IMG/VR virus record: IMGVR_UViG_3300020175_001039 | Span: 1-64,000 of that record | Length of the DNA: 64,000 nucleotides | Strand: one strand, 5' to 3' | From: a virus | Shown here: one piece after another, positions 10,423 to 19,799 of the stretch | Position numbering within the stretch: the first letter of the stretch is position 1 | Layout: each line of letters begins with the position of its first letter | The notes under the pieces: generated by a model | Database searches by the model: none | The model's input: only the letters and a program-made list of their open reading frames with translations | Told to the model about the DNA's origin: nothing | Translations under genes and position numbers: made by a program

Positions 10423-11441
10423 CAGCTAACCCCACATTGCTTTTTGCAAATGGACCATCCGCCATCATCTAAACTGTCTGGCAATATTTGATTAAACCAA
10501 CGGTTACTTAGTATTTCCCCAAGCGAGTGATCGTGTAAGTTATTTGTTGAAGTTATGTGAGGCCAGCTTTCTGCATCAGTGAGTATTCCTGCTTTTTTAT
10601 TATGATATATTGATCCAATGTGGCAACACGGAATAACTGTAGCCCAGGGTGTAATTTGTACCATGTTATTATTGTACCACGGGCATTTAGTGTTATGCTG
10701 TGCTTGTTTGTCAAACATTAAATCATATTGATCTGAGTCACGTGCGTTGTCATGATTCCTATGTGAAGGAAATTGCTTTTGATATTCAGCAATTTCCTTG
10801 GACATTGCGACTTCATAAGGATTATCATCATGTCTGAATATCATATGCGGGTTATGGCTCCAGCGCAGTTCAAAGTTCGTACACCCAGTGTCTTTAGCCA
10901 GCTGCTCTAATTGTGTAATCTGATGCACATTATAATCAAATAATGTCACAATCATTTTACTTTGGCCGCCTGCGTTATTGAATGCCTGGATATTGTCTAT
11001 AATTTTATTGAAGTCAGTTCCACGCCTATAAAGACTATGGGTATCGGCTAATCCATCAACTGCCCACTGCATCATGTGACCACGGCTCCAATTCATAACC
11101 TTGGCAAATCTTGACCAAAAGTCAGTGGATCTTATTGATCCATTTGTTGCTATTGATATACGTGATTCGGGGTGATACTGGGTAAACGTTTCCATCATCT
11201 GTTCGATTTTTGGATGCATCATTGCATCACCCCAACTACCATTTAGTACTAATTCGGCAATAGCCCAGCCACGAGTATCTTCAGAAAACATTCTATTCCA
11301 GACATCTACATCGAAGTGTGACATTTTAAGCCATGGTTGCACTGGGCCACCATCTTGATTTCGTACACAGCCTCCACACGAAGCATTGCAATACGTAGTT
11401 AAATCAAATTGCAGCTTATTGACGATACGTTCCCATTGCAT
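10422..11441 (-). CDS. Radical SAM protein, C-terminal twitch domain (tandem paralog of 9364-10422)
   Basis: CNASCGGC; NGSWGDA; CPW..PCC..CKKQC. Confidence 0.9.
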   Translation of the reverse strand: MQWERIVNKLQFDLTTYCNASCGGCVRNQDGGPVQPWLKMSHFDVDVWNRMFSEDTRGWAIAELVLNGSWGDAMMHPKIEQMMETFTQYHPESRISIATNGSIRSTDFWSRFAKVMNWSRGHMMQWAVDGLADTHSLYRRGTDFNKIIDNIQAFNNAGGQSKMIVTLFDYNVHQITQLEQLAKDTGCTNFELRWSHNPHMIFRHDDNPYEVAMSKEIAEYQKQFPSHRNHDNARDSDQYDLMFDKQAQHNTKCPWYNNNMVQITPWATVIPCCHIGSIYHNKKAGILTDAESWPHITSTNNLHDHSLGEILSNRWFNQILPDSLDDGGWSICKKQCGVS

Positions 11442-12505
11442 TACATATAGTCCTCACAGTCGCCTTCTCTGACGATATCACTTGTTAGACAATGGATGCC
11501 GCCGTCCCAGAAATATTGGTGACGGAAGCGCCAAAGGATAGGTTCGATGCCGTTAGCTTCCATTTCAGCGAAAGCCTGCTTGTTATAACCGGTGCAGATA
11601 ACTGTCTTCTCATCTAGAGATAGCACATTAACGTCAAATACACTTTCGTCAGCAAATCCTACCCAATGGCTTAACCAACGCTCTACATACTCTTTGTAGA
11701 AGCGTCTCTTTCGAGTATTTTGAAAGTCTGCTGGCATGTCATGATCATCATCAACTTCAATGATATGCCAGTTTTTCATTTCTTCTGGAACCCAATTCTT
11801 GTTCCAAGTCATTAGCACACCAGGCGCTAGTAGAGCAATTTTCCCGTCGATATGTCCTCCTACTGGAATGTCCAAAAATTTTGTGTCAGGATATCGCAAC
11901 TTTATTTCACGTTGAATCCACTCACGGCCCAGCACCGTACCTTTACCACGTTTATTGTCGCCTTCATAAGGCTGGCTAAACAGCACATGGTTTCCGCACT
12001 TTATCATATTAGCCGCATGATAAAGTACTCGACGGTTATCCACAAAGTAGTCATATTTTTTGCCGCTCTCTACCATTACGCCCGGCATACTAACCCATCC
12101 TGCTCCTTCACCAAACCATTTACTACAATGGTCGTAATAGGCAAGATTCTCAAAGTAGCGATTATCGCTACCCGTAAACAATTCAAATATAGTTTCGCCA
12201 TATGGCATTAACGTATCACGTGGCATTAACGGATGGTTCGGAAAGCCACAATGCATCCATGGTAATTGAATTGATTCTTCACCAGTGATTGTAAATATAT
12301 TCTTTGGACGCACCACTTCGATGCCTCTGTCCTTTAATATCCCCTCTAGTACCGCAATGTCCTCGGCAGTCTCTTCGAAAATCTGTCGCATTACACGACG
12401 AGTTTCTTCGTCCTCGTTCCAATCAAATGTTTCTGGTGGAAATGGTGCTCCTAGCACCACTTTTTTGAGCGGTTGAAATTCGCTCCATACGTTTACTGGT
12501 TTCAT
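11441..12505 (-). CDS. Amidinotransferase (glycine/inosamine-phosphate amidinotransferase family)
   Basis: N-term WSEFQPLKKVVLG; PRD, HIDG, GGIHC catalytic Asp/His/Cys. Confidence 0.85.
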   Translation of the reverse strand: MKPVNVWSEFQPLKKVVLGAPFPPETFDWNEDEETRRVMRQIFEETAEDIAVLEGILKDRGIEVVRPKNIFTITGEESIQLPWMHCGFPNHPLMPRDTLMPYGETIFELFTGSDNRYFENLAYYDHCSKWFGEGAGWVSMPGVMVESGKKYDYFVDNRRVLYHAANMIKCGNHVLFSQPYEGDNKRGKGTVLGREWIQREIKLRYPDTKFLDIPVGGHIDGKIALLAPGVLMTWNKNWVPEEMKNWHIIEVDDDHDMPADFQNTRKRRFYKEYVERWLSHWVGFADESVFDVNVLSLDEKTVICTGYNKQAFAEMEANGIEPILWRFRHQYFWDGGIHCLTSDIVREGDCEDYM

Positions 12506-12843
12506 TTAAGATCTCTTTTGGTTTGTTTTGCTCCAGACGAGCCGGTATCTTCGTCCAAGATATGTTCAGGATTTGAACAGGCTACCAGGCATGCCTGCAG
12601 TGGTGTTTTTGAATTCCACGTGTCTTCTATCTTCTTATACTCTTCACTCTTATTTATTTCAGCAATGGTCCTGCCAGATTTAAGATTAATATTTTTGATA
12701 TCATCTCCCAGTAACTCTACTAACTGATCAAAAGCACGTTGGCTACCAAAGTAACAACAAGGTATAATCGTGCCATCAGATCTGCATCCCATGGAATTTC
12801 CCATTTTATTTGGGTTTGTGTCTTTGCACTTAGGATATATCAT
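12502..12843 (-). CDS. Stand-alone twitch/SPASM Fe-S domain protein
   Basis: PKC...DGTIIPCCY...ACLVAC, matching the C-terminal domain of 9364/10422/62706 rSAMs. Confidence 0.7.
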   Translation of the reverse strand: MIYPKCKDTNPNKMGNSMGCRSDGTIIPCCYFGSQRAFDQLVELLGDDIKNINLKSGRTIAEINKSEEYKKIEDTWNSKTPLQACLVACSNPEHILDEDTGSSGAKQTKRDLK

Positions 12844-13516
12844 TTAATAATTCTTCCCATGATCTACTTTTGAGTTTCATATTTTTAGGAGTTCTATCAT
12901 CACCTATTAAAATATGAAACTTATTCATCTTTAGATCACTAGCAAGCTGTTGGGCCTGTTTAACTTGATGATAGTTATGTTCAAAAACAATATATCTCCA
13001 ATTTAATCTTCCTGGCCAACCTGCCCGTAATGTTTTAATGCCAGTGATTATACTATCCCATTTGGCGTTCACACGGTATATGTGATTTGTATCTTCAAGA
13101 CCATCTACTGCAAATTCCACCAAGTCCATTGGACCAAGCAGACTGGCAAATTCTTGCCACCATTTGATACTTTTTCCACTTCCATTGGTAGACATCTGGA
13201 TAATCGGGCGCCGCTTCAGTGAATTTAAATACTTTATTTGCTCAAACAGTGTGCCACTATATATTGGATCACTCAATGCCATGTTATATGTTATTGCTGT
13301 TAATCCGTTCTCTGGTCTTACCAATAACTTAAATATCTCCATATCCATGTCTCCAATTTCCCAAGTTCTATAATGCCCATCCATTTCCAATACATCGCGA
13401 GTTCTGGAACAACCAGGACACAATAATGGACATCGTGTACTTGCTTCAAGATTTATTCGTTTTCTATGGTGAATAAAGTTTTGATTTAATCCAGAATATG
13501 TGTTATCATATGGCAT
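12830..13516 (-). CDS. Radical SAM core domain only (no auxiliary domain)
   Basis: CPLLCPGC; STNGS; FAVDGLEDTNHIYR; 228 aa. Confidence 0.85.
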   Translation of the reverse strand: MPYDNTYSGLNQNFIHHRKRINLEASTRCPLLCPGCSRTRDVLEMDGHYRTWEIGDMDMEIFKLLVRPENGLTAITYNMALSDPIYSGTLFEQIKYLNSLKRRPIIQMSTNGSGKSIKWWQEFASLLGPMDLVEFAVDGLEDTNHIYRVNAKWDSIITGIKTLRAGWPGRLNWRYIVFEHNYHQVKQAQQLASDLKMNKFHILIGDDRTPKNMKLKSRSWEELLNDIS

Positions 13517-13528
13517 AAATATATTTAT
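13515..13528. promoter_or_regulatory. Perfect 14-bp palindrome ATAAATATATTTAT; candidate bidirectional late-type promoter
   Basis: Lies between divergent starts at 13516 (-) and 13551 (+); carries ATAAATA on each strand. Confidence 0.45.
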
Positions 13529-13550
13529 CTACACAGTTAATGGAGTAAAG

Positions 13551-14381
13551 ATGACACGCATTGCTAAAGACACTATAGCAGGAAAAGACTTTATTGTCAA
13601 TGTTTTTGATGCCAATAAAGATGATCTTGACGACAATGAAAAACTATATGCTGCCTTTGAGAGTGGCTGGCCAGTTGTTATAAAAAACTTAACTATACCT
13701 AATCTTGATTATGAGTATTATGACAACTTGCCAGATTGGACAATCAAAGACAACAAATGGATTATGCCTTGGTATAATAGTCATATTAAAAAAAGAGAAC
13801 GTTTGAGGACGGAGCGCGGATGGACAGGTGGTGAAATAGATATTTTTCACAAAAAGCACAAGCAGTCACAGGCTGGCTGGAACGAAATATTCGACCGACT
13901 ATTTCCAAGGTATAATACCACTGAACGCATGCTAAGTCATCGCTACAATACGCTAGTAGAAAATAAATTGCATTTAGATGAACTAGACGAGCAACACACT
14001 GGAAATGAACAGCAAATACGCATGTTTGTGCAGTTGGACAAAAAACGCCCACGGGTGTTGTCATTTGGTCCTGACTTGGAACAGATGTACATGCAATACA
14101 AAGACGAATTTAACTTAGAGGAATTAGACAAAAATGACGTACACAAATTTATTACTGAAATGCGAAACCGTTGCGTGTGGAATGATCAGAAATGGGACCA
14201 GTTTCACCACCCCCTTCATTATATTACATTCGATCCAGGTGATATTTGGTTCTTTAATGCACAGTGGATAACACACCAAATTGTATTTGGAACAAAATTA
14301 CAATGTTTTGAAGCGGATATTTTAAACAATAGTTTACAGCATCCAGAATTATGTATGGTGGATCGCATACGTGATTTGTAA
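13551..14381 (+). CDS. Kdo hydroxylase (KdoO)-like Fe(II)/2OG oxygenase
   Basis: LHLD...IRMFVQLD..PRV...FDPGDIWFF..QWITHQIVFG parallels KdoO LHVD..LRVFxN..PRVW..FPPG.TW...HA..G; GGAG RBS before ATG 13551. Confidence 0.65.
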   Translation: MTRIAKDTIAGKDFIVNVFDANKDDLDDNEKLYAAFESGWPVVIKNLTIPNLDYEYYDNLPDWTIKDNKWIMPWYNSHIKKRERLRTERGWTGGEIDIFHKKHKQSQAGWNEIFDRLFPRYNTTERMLSHRYNTLVENKLHLDELDEQHTGNEQQIRMFVQLDKKRPRVLSFGPDLEQMYMQYKDEFNLEELDKNDVHKFITEMRNRCVWNDQKWDQFHHPLHYITFDPGDIWFFNAQWITHQIVFGTKLQCFEADILNNSLQHPELCMVDRIRDL

Positions 14382-15282
14382 GATACCAAACTTTTTACCA
14401 GAGAAGTTCTATAATAGATATAATGAAAATTATCCAGTAGAACATATTATGTCACACTGTGCTAATCCACAAGCAAGCGAACATGAAGCAAGTTTGGATG
14501 GCAATTATAGTGCGCCAGTACAAGAGCAGGACTTTTTAGATCATATACATGACATTGTACTGCCTATCTTAAAGGAAAAACATTTAGGTTGTGAACCCAA
14601 GCATGATCATCACTATGTTAACTTTCACATGGATGAACCTGGCAGTAGTCTTGAAATACACAACGACTTAAAAAACTTCCGTTGGTTAATAACATGCCAG
14701 ATATACTTTGATGACAACTATCAGGGCGTGAGGATTTTGGATGAAAACTTAAATGTCATAGAACAAATACCATGTAAACCAAATCTATTTTACAGCCTGG
14801 ACGCATCGCCTTGGAGTTGGCACAATGTGCCTGAGCTAACTGAACGTAAACGCAGTATATTGTTTAGAGTGGGCAAGAAGCGCCACCGTACAATTGCACA
14901 TTATAAACCAGACGCCGAGGCTTGGTTAATTGTAAATGATGCACACAGTGACAAGCATTATGCCAAACTTGGCCCACGTATGGGAAACTTAACAGAGGCA
15001 TGGTTGTGGAGGCAGGGAGCATATAATATATGCCATACTGACTGGCGGGGTGATTGGAAGCCACAATTGGAAAAATTAAACAAAAAGTTTGACAAGGTAA
15101 ATATTATACCCAGTGGTGTATTTCATAATTTAGGAACAGTGATGGTTACTGACAAAAATTATAAAGAAATTGCCGATATCGTTTTTAATCGAAATCGGCA
15201 ACCTAGTTTTTTAAATTTAGCTGAAGCAACAATGGCTGAATATTATGAATATCAGAACCATATGACATATATTGATTTATAA
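14371..15282 (+). CDS. Fe(II)/2OG oxygenase with extra C-terminal domain
   Basis: SLEIHND ... SWHNV ... RKRSI. Confidence 0.7.
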   Translation: MICKIPNFLPEKFYNRYNENYPVEHIMSHCANPQASEHEASLDGNYSAPVQEQDFLDHIHDIVLPILKEKHLGCEPKHDHHYVNFHMDEPGSSLEIHNDLKNFRWLITCQIYFDDNYQGVRILDENLNVIEQIPCKPNLFYSLDASPWSWHNVPELTERKRSILFRVGKKRHRTIAHYKPDAEAWLIVNDAHSDKHYAKLGPRMGNLTEAWLWRQGAYNICHTDWRGDWKPQLEKLNKKFDKVNIIPSGVFHNLGTVMVTDKNYKEIADIVFNRNRQPSFLNLAEATMAEYYEYQNHMTYIDL

Positions 15283-16497
15283 ATCTCTATTGTTGTCTTT
15301 TTGTGCCATACCATCGTCATAAGGTGATCCAAAATCCAATCCAACATCACTACGCTCTGGGAACAAGTCAGTCATTTCACCGTCTCTGTACAGGTCAAGA
15401 GTATTGCAGTGAATGCCACCATCCCAGAAATATCTGTGACGCATTGGTGTAACAATAACTTCTATACCTAGTTTATTTAGATCTTTTTCCACCTGTGCAT
15501 TGTAGCCGCTTGTAAGTACAGTATTCTCATCAATGCTCAGGGTGTTTACATCGAAGTTTGTTTCATACGCATATCCAACATTTTTATTCATGTGTACTTT
15601 TATAAACTCAGTTAGTGCGGCGTTGCCTTCTTCTCCAGCAACCCAATATTTTTTGTGCATGAAACCATTGTCATCAATATACTTGCTGTTGTTTTTTATA
15701 TCCCAAAACTTTTCAATGTATTCATTTTTAGGTTTGGGAGCTCTAATGACAGTCCAGCCTGGATATGTATTTTCATAGTCAGTAACTGCTACACTACTAA
15801 GTATAACGCCAGGGCGTGGAATGCTCATTAAGCCATCACTGTGTCTACCAAAGCGAACTTTATGTCCGCGGAAATTATATCCAAACTCTTGATTATATGC
15901 TTGCAGCCACCTGTCACAAAACGTGTGTCCGGCTGCATTTTTAATTTGTACATCAACGGTAATGTCTCTGCCTGTTCTAACCATGCAAGGACCATCGAAA
16001 CGTGGCTTTTCATCATCCTGCATATCAAAATGGCTAATGTGCCAAGGACTGTCTTTATCCCAACATACGTCCAATACATCTTCACATCCAGCCCAGGGTG
16101 CAGGTTCAAATAAATCAAACTTTGGATCACACCACATTGGATATCCATTGCCCGGGCGTCCCATAATTAAATTTTCTCCCAGCACAATAAACTCGTCACG
16201 TGGACTCATACGACACTTGGGTATTTCACCAGTCTGATCCATATACTCTGCAACACTGTGCATAACTTTGCCGTGATCTAATGTTTGATCGGGAGTACGA
16301 TAAACTTCTACTCCACGCTCCTGTAGTACATGTGCTAGGTTGTCTAAGTCCTCACGAGTTTCCTCATTGACTTTTGTCATTGCATCTCTTACTAAGGGAT
16401 CTGGGTGATCATTAAACCAGCCACTGGTAAATGCACTGCCCACTACAACTTTTTTTAATGGATCCCAACTGTTGTAACTCTTAAATCCAAACTTCAT
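15277..16497 (-). CDS. Amidinotransferase (second copy)
   Basis: SWDPLKKVVVG; PRD, HSDG, GGIHC. Confidence 0.85.
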   Translation of the reverse strand: MKFGFKSYNSWDPLKKVVVGSAFTSGWFNDHPDPLVRDAMTKVNEETREDLDNLAHVLQERGVEVYRTPDQTLDHGKVMHSVAEYMDQTGEIPKCRMSPRDEFIVLGENLIMGRPGNGYPMWCDPKFDLFEPAPWAGCEDVLDVCWDKDSPWHISHFDMQDDEKPRFDGPCMVRTGRDITVDVQIKNAAGHTFCDRWLQAYNQEFGYNFRGHKVRFGRHSDGLMSIPRPGVILSSVAVTDYENTYPGWTVIRAPKPKNEYIEKFWDIKNNSKYIDDNGFMHKKYWVAGEEGNAALTEFIKVHMNKNVGYAYETNFDVNTLSIDENTVLTSGYNAQVEKDLNKLGIEVIVTPMRHRYFWDGGIHCNTLDLYRDGEMTDLFPERSDVGLDFGSPYDDGMAQKDNNRDL

Positions 16498-17756
16498 AAT
16501 TCATCCTTAATTCTTTTAAATTCAGGGGCAACGTCCATGACATTGTGTCCACGAAATATATCATAATTTTCTGTGATATCCGCATATTGCTTCATAATAG
16601 AAGGATTATACTGGTGCTCAGGATCTTTACCAAAATTAATAATTTCCATTAAAGGCTCTTCATAATCTTCCAAGTGTGGACTATTACTAATACTGTTTAA
16701 AAACTCTAGTATTTGTTTTTCTTGTTCATCTTTTAACCATTGCGGAGCGTGTGCCATACTATAATAGTGCGGCTCAATTAGTTGATTGGTGCTCATGCCA
16801 ATTCCCCTGTCGCTTGTCATCTGATAGTCATGCATAAAGCGCCAGAAATCTGTGATGTGCAATGCGTTTGTAATTTGGTTAACCGTGGTCACTCGTACTT
16901 TGATACGTTTGCCTTGTTTTGTATTTGAAAACTTTACCAGTTTGTCAAACTTCTGCCATACAGAATCCCACTTGGAAGGCGGACGCAAATAGTCGTTCAT
17001 TGCGCCCATGCCTTCCAGTGAGCAGTTTACAATCACTCGTTCAAATTTACTCAATTGATCTAACCATTTGTCCTGCATATTGGTTATGTTTGTGTAAAAT
17101 GAAAGCTCGATGTGATTAGCGTGTCCGGATTTTACTGCGGCGTCTAGCAACCGAAACATGTCAGGTGCTACCGTCGGCTCGCCGCCAATTATTTTTATTT
17201 TTCGAGCTCCCTCTAACATCTCCTCGAAGCTCGTCCAGTCTATTCCAGGCTGCAAGATGGCTTTTTTCTTATCAGCTTCATTGTCATACCAGTCAGGGTG
17301 GTTGGACCCCAGTCCTTTGCTAACCATTGCGCCTCGCTCGACACTCACCAGATGCGATGCTTCTTTATTGCACATTTGACATTGTAGGTTACACAAATTG
17401 CCTAGCCTGAAATCGAATTGAAGAGGCTGTGGGACCTCCCATTCGTTGACTGAGGCAGACGCTACTACCTCGTCGATAACATCAGTCCATTGCTTATTTT
17501 CCCACTGTCGTGAACTGACGATTCCGTTACGTTCTAGATGTTGGCACTCCACACACTCAGGCAACCATTCACCTGATGTCATGCGCTTGCGAACATCTTT
17601 AATGTATTCGTGATTCCATGTTCCTGCAATACCAAGCTCTTCTTGATCAACTAATTGTTCAGGCTCTTTGGCCATACAACATAATCTATAACGTCCGCCG
17701 TTATATGTGCTATATTGTACAAATGGTAGTGCGCAAAAACCGTTCTCTTTTTCCAT
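16494..17756 (-). CDS. Radical SAM protein, N-terminal twitch domain
   Basis: FCALPF..LCC..CVEC; CNLQCQMC; IIGGEP. Confidence 0.9.
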   Translation of the reverse strand: MEKENGFCALPFVQYSTYNGGRYRLCCMAKEPEQLVDQEELGIAGTWNHEYIKDVRKRMTSGEWLPECVECQHLERNGIVSSRQWENKQWTDVIDEVVASASVNEWEVPQPLQFDFRLGNLCNLQCQMCNKEASHLVSVERGAMVSKGLGSNHPDWYDNEADKKKAILQPGIDWTSFEEMLEGARKIKIIGGEPTVAPDMFRLLDAAVKSGHANHIELSFYTNITNMQDKWLDQLSKFERVIVNCSLEGMGAMNDYLRPPSKWDSVWQKFDKLVKFSNTKQGKRIKVRVTTVNQITNALHITDFWRFMHDYQMTSDRGIGMSTNQLIEPHYYSMAHAPQWLKDEQEKQILEFLNSISNSPHLEDYEEPLMEIINFGKDPEHQYNPSIMKQYADITENYDIFRGHNVMDVAPEFKRIKDEL

Positions 17757-17758
17757 AA

Positions 17759-18316
17759 TTATTCTTTAGCTTCTAATGCTCTTAAATATTTTAAAAATTC
17801 TTGTGCGCCGTTGGCTTGATTTTCTTCCCAGGTTTTTGGTGCATCTGCATCTGCCATGTCACTGCCATACTTTAGCATCAATACAGATTTACTGAAATGC
17901 TTTGCTACTTTTGCAATTGCATAACCTTCCATGTCAACTAAATCGCTCTCAAGCTCAGGTGTTGAAGTTACAAAATTATCTCCAGTGCTTAATGTAATAC
18001 TACTGTTGTTTAATATAATTTCAGATTCCATACCAGTCTTCTCAAAAGGTGTTACGCCTAGTGCTGCTTGGGGGCGGGCATCCATGTCGCGCTGAACCAC
18101 TTTGCCTACGATATTCATTTTACCGGCAAGTTCGGCATTTAACACGCCTGCTGTGCCATAGTTAATGATACTTTCACAATCTGATTGAATAGATGCCAAT
18201 GATGCAAACATTGCAGCATTTACTTTCCCAACACCAGTGTACCATACTTTGTATGTTTCTGGGTCTAAATTGTGCTCTGGTAATTCGCCCTTTAAAGCTA
18301 CTAAAATATAAATCAT
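17759..18316 (-). CDS. mtnN: 5'-methylthioadenosine/S-adenosylhomocysteine nucleosidase
   Basis: TGVGKVNAA, NYGTAG, STGDNFV, VDMEG, SD motifs. Confidence 0.8.
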   Translation of the reverse strand: MIYILVALKGELPEHNLDPETYKVWYTGVGKVNAAMFASLASIQSDCESIINYGTAGVLNAELAGKMNIVGKVVQRDMDARPQAALGVTPFEKTGMESEIILNNSSITLSTGDNFVTSTPELESDLVDMEGYAIAKVAKHFSKSVLMLKYGSDMADADAPKTWEENQANGAQEFLKYLRALEAKE

Positions 18317-19743
18317 TCTTTATCCTCTATTGGTTCGTCTAGCAAATAACCCATTTCAGGGAATGTGGCACGGAAGTCTGTACCACGCATTTCGTCTAGC
18401 CTTGTGATGTATTCACGGAATTCTGGCAAGCGTTGGCTCCAATCTTCACTACGGGCGAAATTAATCATACCACGCAATCGCTTGATACCATAACTAGCGT
18501 TTTCCCAGTCTTCATAAGACACTTTGCCTTTGTGCCAACTTGGAACACCCAATTCCCAATTAGCTTTCCACCACTCGATAAATTCTTCGTATTTGGCTTC
18601 TGTTTTGTCCAGGAATTCATCAGGCAATACCTTAACATTCAAATGCCCTGGCCAGTACACAAAGTGATAGTTAATACCACCAGCACCGAATGGCCACATG
18701 TTTGTTTTCTTTAGTCCACTCTCTGTTAGCTTCCATTTTAGGAAGTCTGGAATGTAGTGAATGTTTAGTGCATTAACAGCACAGGCAATTGTAATCTCTA
18801 CGTTGTTTGATGTTTTGGTATCCAAGCGTTCAAACATTGCTAACTGGTGTTCCCATTTACTTGGATAACGGATATAGTCATTCATATCACCAATGCTGTC
18901 AATACTATAGTGGAAACGTACCTTCTTGAAGTGCTTCCATTGCTCTAGTAAACGATCTGGCAATTCAATACCATTTGAATTATAGCGCACTTCCATCTCA
19001 CCGGCGTAGCCCATTTCGATAACTTTGTCTAGTATCTCGTAATGTTCTTCAATAACAGTACTCTCGCCGCCTGCGAAATATAATTGACGCATATGTGGAA
19101 TTTGGGCGTAAAATTGTTCCCAAAATACTGGATTGTCTTTATGCCAGTTATAGCTTGCGCCAAATGTTTTACCTTTTGCATCCCAGTTCATAGTTTGCTT
19201 TAATGATTCATTTGTAATTTGCGGATACAGACCTTGCCAATCTTTAACCCAGCCGCTGGAGTCATGTGGACTACACATGATACATCCAAGTTGGCATTTA
19301 GTACCCATACGAATATCAATGTATCTTAGTTTACTGTTAGTGCTTCCATCCTCAAATGTCTGATCTACTAGCTCATCAATGTCAATACCGTTGTTAGCCC
19401 AGTATTCGCTTTCCCATTGCCGCTTACTGCGGTGTCCGGCGTCTTCTTCTTTATAACATTTCATACATGAAGGTGGCTTTTCTCCTGCTAACATCATTTT
19501 ACGAACACTTCGCATATATGTGTTATTCCAGGCACTGTTCAAATCACTGTTGTTCAGGTTAGCGGGGCGACCGTCTTCTGTTTTAACTACGCCAATACGC
19601 CCACCATGTTCTTTATCATTGGTGGCGCCGACACTAGATGCATTTGCGGTACAGCACACTCGCATACTGCCGTCTGGTCTTGTTGATAGATGAATCCATG
19701 GTAAGATACAAAAAGTATCCGATGGAAAATTATGTTCTGACAT
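18313..19743 (-). CDS. Radical SAM protein, N-terminal twitch domain
   Basis: FCILPW..VCC..CMKC; CQLGCIMC; FAGGE. Confidence 0.9.
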   Translation of the reverse strand: MSEHNFPSDTFCILPWIHLSTRPDGSMRVCCTANASSVGATNDKEHGGRIGVVKTEDGRPANLNNSDLNSAWNNTYMRSVRKMMLAGEKPPSCMKCYKEEDAGHRSKRQWESEYWANNGIDIDELVDQTFEDGSTNSKLRYIDIRMGTKCQLGCIMCSPHDSSGWVKDWQGLYPQITNESLKQTMNWDAKGKTFGASYNWHKDNPVFWEQFYAQIPHMRQLYFAGGESTVIEEHYEILDKVIEMGYAGEMEVRYNSNGIELPDRLLEQWKHFKKVRFHYSIDSIGDMNDYIRYPSKWEHQLAMFERLDTKTSNNVEITIACAVNALNIHYIPDFLKWKLTESGLKKTNMWPFGAGGINYHFVYWPGHLNVKVLPDEFLDKTEAKYEEFIEWWKANWELGVPSWHKGKVSYEDWENASYGIKRLRGMINFARSEDWSQRLPEFREYITRLDEMRGTDFRATFPEMGYLLDEPIEDKE

Positions 19744-19791
19744 TTTTGTGGTTTCCTTTTGAGCAAGTTCGTCTGCTCCATTATATACTGC

Positions 19792-19799
19792 TATTTATA
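19792..19799 (-). promoter_or_regulatory. T4-type late promoter motif TATAAATA upstream of rSAM operon
   Basis: Exact TATAAATA on minus strand about 50 nt upstream of ATG 19743. Confidence 0.45.

Noticed and set aside
9364-11441. Calling type B radical SAMs MoaA, PqqE or NirJ
   Set aside because: No partner pathway genes (moaC, pqqA-D, nir) are present, and motif similarity is only at superfamily level.
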